This document shows positions 57,137 to 64,000 of a stretch of DNA of 64,000 nucleotides, piece after piece. Origin of the DNA: Treponemataceae bacterium (GTDB lineage Bacteria; Spirochaetota; Spirochaetia; Treponematales; Rectinemataceae); NCBI GenBank assembly GCA_963677895.2, contig CAXXGJ010000038.1, forward strand, positions 128,001 through 192,000, read 5' to 3'. The stretch's first letter is position 1. Each line of letters starts with the position of its first letter. The notes below the pieces were generated by a model. The model was not told where the DNA came from and made no database searches. It was given only the letters and a program-made list of their open reading frames with translations. Position numbers and translations under genes: made by a program.

Positions 57137-58208
57137 AAGGCGGGGGCTGATAGCGGCAGGTCTTCTGTGCCTGCTGCTTGGCTTTTCCGCGCAGAATCTC
57201 CAGGCTCAGGACACGAGCCTTTGGATTTTGGGCATGGCGCAGTTCCACCAGGTTTTACCCGAAATTCTGAAGGAGACCGCTTCCCCGGAGTACGGTTTCG
57301 CCAAGGCAGCCGAACTTGCCGGCAAATCGGCCGGTGGAGCTCTTTCCACGACGCTTCCTTCCTTGCTTTTCTCGGCCTTGAAGCCTCTTCCCGGGCGGCT
57401 GTCCATGAAAACGGCGTTGCAGGCAAGAACCGCCGACGCGCCCTTCGTCGACGCGAGAAAGGGGAAGGAAGCTTTTGTCGGCTTGAACGGTTTGATACTC
57501 GGATTCTATTCCTTCAAGGATGAGATTGTTGAGTGCAGGATTCTATTTTATGAAAACGAATCCGAGAACCCGCAGGGCGCATTCTTCTATAAAGGCACTA
57601 TCTCGACGCTGGAAAACCTGCGAGCCGCGGCTTTGCCGGCGATTATGAATTGGGTGGCGACAAGGGAAGTCAGCGTTGTCGATATCGCAACGAAGCCGAG
57701 CTCAGGCGCGGCGCTTAGCTTCAAGGGAACGCCTTCCGAAGGAGCCATAGCCCTGGATGGGACAAGGATATTTGTCTATGAAAAGGGAAATTACCCTATT
57801 ATCGTTCGGCAAAGCGGCTTCGAGGATGGGTTCTGCGAAATAGCGGATTTCAAACCAGATTCCTATACATCGATCGTTATCGACATGAAACCCGCGGCTG
57901 GAGCCGCCCTGCCCGAAGCTTCGATAATCAACGCGGCCGACCGGTTGAAATGGGCGGACAAATCCAGTTTTCTCAAGGCGGAGAAAGGGTTCAGTTCGGC
58001 TTTGGGACGTTTTGTCCTGAGCCTGCCCCTGAGCGCCATCGCGATCGGAACGTTTTATTCGTTCTATGAAGCGTACTCGCGCGGCGCGGCTACCGAAACG
58101 GCGATCTATGTATCGGGCGCTGCGGCTGCGGTTTCGGTGTCGCTCAGCCTAGGTTTCATCATTGACAGCGCGGTGAGACTCGTAGATGTTTTACATGTTT
58201 CGCGATAG
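57117..58208 (+). CDS. Hypothetical exported protein with two C-terminal TM helices (possible PEGA-like domain)
   Basis: Basic N-terminus and hydrophobic signal peptide. GA.IALDG...G.Y.I.V...GFE beta pattern. Hydrophobic C-terminus. Confidence 0.7.
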   Translation: MMMRKSRRRGLIAAGLLCLLLGFSAQNLQAQDTSLWILGMAQFHQVLPEILKETASPEYGFAKAAELAGKSAGGALSTTLPSLLFSALKPLPGRLSMKTALQARTADAPFVDARKGKEAFVGLNGLILGFYSFKDEIVECRILFYENESENPQGAFFYKGTISTLENLRAAALPAIMNWVATREVSVVDIATKPSSGAALSFKGTPSEGAIALDGTRIFVYEKGNYPIIVRQSGFEDGFCEIADFKPDSYTSIVIDMKPAAGAALPEASIINAADRLKWADKSSFLKAEKGFSSALGRFVLSLPLSAIAIGTFYSFYEAYSRGAATETAIYVSGAAAAVSVSLSLGFIIDSAVRLVDVLHVSR

Positions 58209-58228
58209 ATTCCACTGACGGAGAAAAT

Positions 58229-59098
58229 ATGGGTTTTGGCGATAAGATACGGGCTTTTTTCAAGAAAACGATTCTCAACGACGAGGTATTTGAAGACCTG
58301 ACCGATCTCCTCGTCGAAGGCGATATGGGCGCGGCCTTCGCTTTCGAGACAGTCGAGCGCCTCAAGGAAGTCTGCAGGAAGGAAAAAATCGGGGATCTGG
58401 AGTCGGCGCGAAGGGCGCTCAAGGAAATCCTCAAGCCTTACGCGATGAAGAAATCTTTCGATATCGACCCCACTCGTTTGAATATCGTGCTGCTGCTGGG
58501 GGTCAACGGCGTGGGGAAAACGACTTCCTGCGCTAAGCTGGCTTTCTGGGTCAAGAATAAAGGCATAGACAATATCATCCTCGCGGCCGGCGATACTTTC
58601 AGGGCAGCCGCCGTCAATCAGCTGAAAATTCATGGAGAACGCACTGGGGTCAGGGTTGTGGCGCAGCATCAGGGAGCCGACGCGGCCGCCGTGCTGTGGG
58701 ACAGCATAGAGGCGGCCGGAGCCGGTCGCGCCGGTCTTGTCATCGCAGACACCGCCGGCCGCATGCATACTCGCCAGGACCTCCTCAAGGAACTGGAAAA
58801 AATGGACAGGATCATCTCGCAGCGCGCGCCCGGCGCGAAGTACAGCAAAATACTCGTTCTGGACTCGACCACCGGACAGAACGGCATGCGTCAGGCCGAA
58901 ACCTTCAATGAAGCCGTCACCGTGGACGGCGTCATCCTCAGCAAGCACGATTCCACGGCCAAGGGCGGGATGGTGCTGAGTCTGGCCAAACAGTTCGGTC
59001 TGGCCACTCTTTTCGTCGGAACGGGCGAGGGCTACAAGGATTTCGCTCCCTTCGATCCCGAAGTCTTCCTCGACGAATTCCTGGGTTTAGGGGAGTGA
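58229..59098 (+). CDS. ftsY: SRP receptor FtsY (NG domain only)
   Basis: GVNGVGKTT, DTFRAAA, DTAGR, TAKGG and GTGE motifs. Confidence 0.96.
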   Translation: MGFGDKIRAFFKKTILNDEVFEDLTDLLVEGDMGAAFAFETVERLKEVCRKEKIGDLESARRALKEILKPYAMKKSFDIDPTRLNIVLLLGVNGVGKTTSCAKLAFWVKNKGIDNIILAAGDTFRAAAVNQLKIHGERTGVRVVAQHQGADAAAVLWDSIEAAGAGRAGLVIADTAGRMHTRQDLLKELEKMDRIISQRAPGAKYSKILVLDSTTGQNGMRQAETFNEAVTVDGVILSKHDSTAKGGMVLSLAKQFGLATLFVGTGEGYKDFAPFDPEVFLDEFLGLGE

Positions 59099-60402
59099 CA
59101 AAACAATCGCTGCTTTTCGCGGCATACCGCTGGGGCTTCTCCGGCCGCCGGCGAATGTCCCTGAGCCGGGCTCTGCTCGCCGCGGCCGGCATAGCGGCGG
59201 GCGTGACCGCTCTCATCATCGTTTTGGGCGTCATGGGCGGGCTTCAGCAAGGCTACATCGATTCGATTCTTGAAGTTTCCAGCTTTCATCTGCGCGCGGA
59301 GATGCCCAAGGAATACGCCGCCGGCTCGCTCGATGCCTTTTCGCTCGATACTTTACGGGCTGTCCCGGGCGTATCCTCCGTCGTCGCGTTCAAGGAAACC
59401 CATGTTCTCGCCCTCGGTCCTTCGGGGCAGGCGCTGACGCTTAACCTGCGGGCTTTTCCCAAGGGCACCGAGCGCGACGATCCTTCGCTCGTCCGCTCCC
59501 TGGGTATTTCCCCGTCGGACCAATTGCCGCAGAAGGGTTTCATCGTTCTCGGCAAGGAAGCCGCCGCCTATCTTGGCGCCGACAAGGGTACGTCGATAGA
59601 GTTGTTCGGCATGTCCCAGAGCGCGGAAGAAGGTGTCCTGCCCATAAAGAAATCGATCCCGATCGGATCGGTTTTCAGTTCGGGCTACTACGAGTTCGAC
59701 GCGGCCATGGGCTTCGTGTCCCTTGAGGCTTCGGGCGATCTGGCTCCGCTTTTCTCAACGGTATCCCCGGTCCTGGGCATCAAGCTGAACAACCGCTATT
59801 CGGATTACAGGGTCGTGGGCACCATCCAGAGCCTCCTGCCGAAAGAAGCCGGCAAAGTTACTTCCTGGCGCGATTACAACAGAAGCTTTTTCGGCGCGCT
59901 CCGCACCGAAAAGTCCATGATGATGCTGCTCATTAGCCTCATCTTCGTGGTCGTAGGCATCAATATATTCCACGCGATGCGACGCGTCATCGCGGCGAAA
60001 ATGTCCGACATCGCGGTGCTTAAAGCCTGCGGGGCTACGGACGGCGACATTCGCGGGATATTCATCGTAAACGGCCTTTCCATAGGCCTGATGGGCGCAA
60101 TGGCTGGCATCGCGCTCGGGCTGCTCCTGAGCTCGAATATAAATCGTATTCTCGAACTGGCCGCTGGCGTCATGCGTTTTATCGCTTCCTCGCTGGGCGG
60201 CCTGGGGCTTGCGTCCTCCAGCAGCGATTTCAAGCTATTCTCGCCATCCTATTACTATATCGACGCGATCCCGGTTTCGATATCGGCGGCCGAGATCATC
60301 TTCATCGCGTTGACGGCTATAGCCTCCACCGGTCTGGCGGCTCTCGTAGCGGCGCGCCGGGTTTCGGAGGCCAAGCCCTCAGAGGTATTCAGAAATGAGT
60401 GA
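59095..60402 (+). CDS. LolC/E-family lipoprotein-releasing ABC permease
   Basis: GIAAGVTALIIVLGVMGG, W..YNRSFFGALRTEK and IAVLKACGA (FtsX/MacB pattern). Confidence 0.88.
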   Translation: MTKQSLLFAAYRWGFSGRRRMSLSRALLAAAGIAAGVTALIIVLGVMGGLQQGYIDSILEVSSFHLRAEMPKEYAAGSLDAFSLDTLRAVPGVSSVVAFKETHVLALGPSGQALTLNLRAFPKGTERDDPSLVRSLGISPSDQLPQKGFIVLGKEAAAYLGADKGTSIELFGMSQSAEEGVLPIKKSIPIGSVFSSGYYEFDAAMGFVSLEASGDLAPLFSTVSPVLGIKLNNRYSDYRVVGTIQSLLPKEAGKVTSWRDYNRSFFGALRTEKSMMMLLISLIFVVVGINIFHAMRRVIAAKMSDIAVLKACGATDGDIRGIFIVNGLSIGLMGAMAGIALGLLLSSNINRILELAAGVMRFIASSLGGLGLASSSSDFKLFSPSYYYIDAIPVSISAAEIIFIALTAIASTGLAALVAARRVSEAKPSEVFRNE

Positions 60403-61075
60403 AAGTATCATCAGCTGCAGGAATCTCGTCAAGAATTTCGAGAGTCAGGCCGAAATCCTTCATGTCCTGAGAGGGGTGGACCTGGAGCTTGCGCCCGGAA
60501 GTTCCTGCTCCATCATGGGTTCATCAGGCTCCGGGAAAAGCACGCTTCTTTCGATCATCGGAGGACTGGAAGGTTTCGATTCGGGGGAAGTGACGGTGGG
60601 AAGTTACGCCCTGCATTCCCTATCCGAAAAGGAGCTGCCCAAATACCGAAGCTGCCTCGTGGGTTTCGTTTTCCAGTTTCATTACCTCCTGAAAGATTTC
60701 AGCGCCCTGGAGAACGTGGCGCTTCCTGCTTACATGAACGGCGTTCCGCGGAAGGAAGCCTGGGCAAGGGCCGAATCCCTTCTCGAGAAAGTCGGCATGG
60801 CGGAAAGGAAGGACCATTTTCCCACGGAACTTTCAGGCGGCGAAAGGCAGCGGACAGCCATAGCGCGCGCGCTTGTCAACGCTCCATCCGTCATACTGGC
60901 CGACGAACCGACGGGCAACCTGGACGCGGACAACGCCCAGGCCATCCAGGAGCTGATGTTCGGACTGCCGGGCCTTTCGGGGGCGACGGTCATTCTCGCC
61001 ACCCATGATCCCCTGTTGGCCGAGGCGGCCGACAAAAGGTTTTTCCTTTCCGAGGGGAGGCTTCAGCCCTTATGA
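60395..61075 (+). CDS. lolD: Lipoprotein-releasing ABC ATPase
   Basis: GSSGSGKST, GFVFQFHYLL, LSGGERQR and ADEPTGNLD motifs. Confidence 0.9.
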   Translation: MSESIISCRNLVKNFESQAEILHVLRGVDLELAPGSSCSIMGSSGSGKSTLLSIIGGLEGFDSGEVTVGSYALHSLSEKELPKYRSCLVGFVFQFHYLLKDFSALENVALPAYMNGVPRKEAWARAESLLEKVGMAERKDHFPTELSGGERQRTAIARALVNAPSVILADEPTGNLDADNAQAIQELMFGLPGLSGATVILATHDPLLAEAADKRFFLSEGRLQPL

Positions 61076-62406
61076 CCTTTGGAGCTTCTTTCTTCATCGC
61101 CGCGCGCTCCCTGCTCGGCCGAAGGCGCACGGGAGGCATGGCCGGAGCGATCCTCGGAATCGGTATAAGCCTTGTGCCGATCGTGCTTGTCCTTATCGTG
61201 TCGGATGGAATGATCGAGGGCATCACGCGCCGCTATATGGAGACAAAAACCTATCATCTGCAGGTAGCTGCGCCCGACCGGATGACCGGAAGCGATGCAG
61301 AGAAGGGACGCGTCGCTTTAAGCGAGGTGCCTGGCGTCCAAGCCGCCTATGTCGAAAAGAACGGAAGCGGGGTTGTCGTGTCGGCCGAGGCCAGCAACGC
61401 GGTCATGCTGCGTTCGGTGAGCCCGGAGTTTTTCGCCGATCCGGGAGTCAGCCAGTATCTTCGACTGATCGAAGGGAAGGCTAGACCCGAGGGTAAAAGG
61501 GACATCGTTCTGGGATCTTCCCTGGCATCGGTCCTCCACGTAAAGGTGGGCGATTCGCTCACCGTGATAACGCCAAACCAGGATAGCGAATCCGCGGCCG
61601 ACATCGGCGCCGACTTTTCCGGCTACGCCCCGAGGCTGTCTTTCTTCAAGGTTACGGGGATCGTCAGCGCCGGCTATCGCGACCTGGACGCTCTCTGGGC
61701 TTTCATCAGCCCGGAAACGGGTGAACGCCTGCTTAACTATCCTTCTTCCTACTCGTTTTTCGGGATCAAGGTCGCCGATCCCTATTCGAACGGCCTGGGT
61801 TCAATTCAAGAGTCGATAAGCAGCGCGATGGAATCTATCTACCCGGATTGGTTCGATCCCTATCTTACGAGAACCTGGCCTGAGGTCGAGAGAAGTCTGT
61901 ACAGGTCCTTCAGCACGACAAAATCCATGCTTCTCTTCATCATGGGCATTGCTCTCGTCGTGGCTGCCGTCAACCTCGGCTCCTCGCTTTCCACCTTTGT
62001 CGTCGAGCGTTCCATGGATATAGCCGTGCTTCGCGGCATGGGCGCCACGGATTCCGCGGTACGGCAAATTTTCGTCGGCGCCGGCTTCATCACCGGCAGC
62101 CTCGGCACTTTTCTCGGCATCCTTGTTGGTTTATTCCTCTCCATAAACGTCAATTTCTTGATATCAGGCATAGAGTGGATCGCCAATATCTTCGATTCGG
62201 GGCTGGCTTTCATAAAGGGACAGCCTTCGGTCGCGCTGAGGCTTTTGGATCCGGAGTATTATCTTGAAAAAATCCCCGTCTCCATCGACTTTGGACAGAT
62301 CGCGCTCATAGCGGCGCTCAGCATCGCCCTCAGCGCGGTAGTCTCGCTTATTCCGGCCAGGAAGGCCTCCAGGATTTCGGTTCAGGAGCTTATCCGAAAA
62401 AGCTGA
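61072..62406 (+). CDS. Second LolC/E-family ABC permease
   Basis: Four-TM FtsX/MacB topology, ERSMDIAVLRGMGA and YYLEKIP. Confidence 0.88.
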   Translation: MTFGASFFIAARSLLGRRRTGGMAGAILGIGISLVPIVLVLIVSDGMIEGITRRYMETKTYHLQVAAPDRMTGSDAEKGRVALSEVPGVQAAYVEKNGSGVVVSAEASNAVMLRSVSPEFFADPGVSQYLRLIEGKARPEGKRDIVLGSSLASVLHVKVGDSLTVITPNQDSESAADIGADFSGYAPRLSFFKVTGIVSAGYRDLDALWAFISPETGERLLNYPSSYSFFGIKVADPYSNGLGSIQESISSAMESIYPDWFDPYLTRTWPEVERSLYRSFSTTKSMLLFIMGIALVVAAVNLGSSLSTFVVERSMDIAVLRGMGATDSAVRQIFVGAGFITGSLGTFLGILVGLFLSINVNFLISGIEWIANIFDSGLAFIKGQPSVALRLLDPEYYLEKIPVSIDFGQIALIAALSIALSAVVSLIPARKASRISVQELIRKS

Positions 62407-62473
62407 GACCTTTTCTATCATTTTTTTGAAGCATATGGTATGATTTTACCGGTATAGGGTTGTGGAGGAAATA

Positions 62474-63697
62474 ATGGCAAGAAAAGCTGGCGGACGTTCG
62501 GCCGATATGGTAGGCGAGCTGACAACTACTCTAGGCGCGGAAGCGGGGGACGGCAGTCCTAAGTCTCACGAAAAAGCCGAAAAACAGAAGGCTCTCGAAG
62601 CCGCGCGGCTACAAATCGAGAAACAGTTCGGTCAGGGTTCTCTCATGAAGCTTGGAGCGCACTCGAGCGCGCAGGGTATCGAAGCCATTCCTTCAGGCTC
62701 TATACTGCTCGACGAAGCCCTCGGCATCGGCGGTTATCCCCGCGGCCGAATCGTGGAGATCTACGGCCCCGAATCTTCGGGAAAGACCACGCTGGCCCTC
62801 CACGCCATCGCGGAGGCGCAGAAACGCGGCGGTATCGCCGCTTTCATCGACGCCGAGCACGCCCTCGACCCGGTTTACGCGCGCAATCTGGGCGTGGACA
62901 TCGACGAGCTCTGGGTTTCCCAGCCGGACAACGGCGAGCAAGCCCTGGATATCGCCGAATCGCTGATCCGCTCGGGCGCCGTGGACATCATCGTCATAGA
63001 CTCCGTGGCAGCGCTTACGCCGCAGGCTGAAATCGAAGGCGAAATGGGCGATGCCCATATGGGTCTCCAGGCGAGACTCATGAGCCAGGCTCTGCGCAAA
63101 CTCGCCGGCAGCCTGTCCAAAAGCAAGACAATCCTCATTTTCATCAACCAGATTCGCATGAAAATAGGCATCATGTTCGGCAATCCGGAGACGACGACGG
63201 GTGGAAACGCCCTCAAGTTCTATGCCTCCGTAAGGCTGGAAGTGCGGAAAATCGAGACGATCGAGCATGGTGACGAAGACGCCGTGGGCAATAAGGTCAG
63301 GGTCAAGGTAGTGAAGAACAAGGTCGCGCCTCCCTTCAGGAGGGCTGAGCTGGAGATAATATTCGGCAAGGGCATCTCTTGGTCGGCCTCCCTCCTGGAC
63401 GCGGCCGTAAAATACTCCATCGTCGACAAAAAAGGCGCCTGGTATACCTGGGGCGATGAAAAAGTGGGGCAGGGCAGGGAAAACGCCAAAATATACCTGG
63501 AACAGAACCCCGACGCGGCCATGGCGATTGAGAAGGACGTTCGCGCGAAAATGTTCGAGAAGGCCACCGCCGCCCAGAACGGTATCGCGATAGCTTCGCC
63601 GCTTTCGCCCGAGGAAGCCAAGGCCAAGGCGGCCGGCATGAAGACGGGGACCGAAGCGGACGGCGCCAGCGTCATCAGCGCCGATGACCTATTCTGA
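62474..63697 (+). CDS. recA: Recombinase RecA
   Basis: [26 protein letters not shown] and [17 protein letters not shown] before ATG 62474. Confidence 0.99.
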   Translation: MARKAGGRSADMVGELTTTLGAEAGDGSPKSHEKAEKQKALEAARLQIEKQFGQGSLMKLGAHSSAQGIEAIPSGSILLDEALGIGGYPRGRIVEIYGPESSGKTTLALHAIAEAQKRGGIAAFIDAEHALDPVYARNLGVDIDELWVSQPDNGEQALDIAESLIRSGAVDIIVIDSVAALTPQAEIEGEMGDAHMGLQARLMSQALRKLAGSLSKSKTILIFINQIRMKIGIMFGNPETTTGGNALKFYASVRLEVRKIETIEHGDEDAVGNKVRVKVVKNKVAPPFRRAELEIIFGKGISWSASLLDAAVKYSIVDKKGAWYTWGDEKVGQGRENAKIYLEQNPDAAMAIEKDVRAKMFEKATAAQNGIAIASPLSPEEAKAKAAGMKTGTEADGASVISADDLF

Positions 63698-63705
63698 AGA
63701 GGCTC

Positions 63706-64000
63706 ATGGAAACAGTATGGCTGGGACTCGGCTCCAACCTCGGGGATAGCGAAACACTTATAAAAAGAGCGGTTTCGCTTCTCGGGGAAGTCGTTTCCGA
63801 TGGAAGGATGTCGGGATTATGGCGCTCCAAGGCTCGCTATGTGGAAGACCAGCCCGATTTCCTGAACGCGGTTTTTTCCGGCTCTACCGAGCTGGAACCG
63901 CATGATCTCTTGAATGCCATCCATCGCATCGAGCTGGAATTGGGCAGGGACCGCTCGGCCGTCGTGTCCAAGGGCGCGAGGACGATAGACATCGATATTC
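63706..64000 (+). CDS. folK: 2-amino-4-hydroxy-6-hydroxymethyldihydropteridine diphosphokinase, 3'-partial
   Basis: My translation: METVWLGLGSNLGD...DQPDFLNAV...IE..LGR.R....GARTIDIDI. Confidence 0.93.
   Translation, partial: METVWLGLGSNLGDSETLIKRAVSLLGEVVSDGRMSGLWRSKARYVEDQPDFLNAVFSGSTELEPHDLLNAIHRIELELGRDRSAVVSKGARTIDIDI

Noticed and set aside
62407..62473. LexA/SOS box upstream of recA
   Set aside because: No CTGT-N8-ACAG or GAAC-N4-GTTC pattern is present.

Overview
GC-rich, gene-dense bacterial chromosomal segment made almost entirely of core genes. Several traits suggest a spirochaete (Treponemataceae/Rectinema-like; inference): tRNA-Arg(UCG), an alpha2-type GlyRS, a BMP-family nucleoside ABC system and the prfB-hypothetical-ftsY-lolCDE-recA order. 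Contents in order: partial lepA, a PpiD/SurA-like chaperone, an Ate/Bpt transferase, a PduO-type adenosyltransferase, htrA-uvrB-dipeptidase-aroK, a TPP-riboswitch-controlled thiamine ABC operon, tig-clpP-clpX, five tRNAs (His, Arg, Lys, Leu, Gly), amrS, lnt, coaD-rpmF-acpP-rnc, cca, thiN, a HIT protein, gltX-DUF1846-glnS, glyQS, HU, tyrS, a nucleoside ABC-deoD-nitroreductase-Rieske oxygenase run, an ABC-F protein, hflKC, an RluA-family synthase, a GH57-like protein, murC-yicC-cmk-SDR-galM, frameshifted prfB, ftsY, lolCDE, recA and partial folK. I saw no mobile element, prophage, CRISPR array or defence island. The best candidates for undescribed biology are all inferential: (1) a reductase-less VanA/Ndm-like Rieske oxygenase plus nitroreductase at the end of a purine-nucleoside uptake operon; (2) a long, switch-like structured leader upstream of glyQS that is not a T-box; (3) a DUF1846 P-loop/deaminase-fold protein between gltX and glnS; (4) a recurring leaderless-promoter architecture; (5) recurrent 15-nt in-frame microduplications and a 36-bp triplication of a convergent gene junction.
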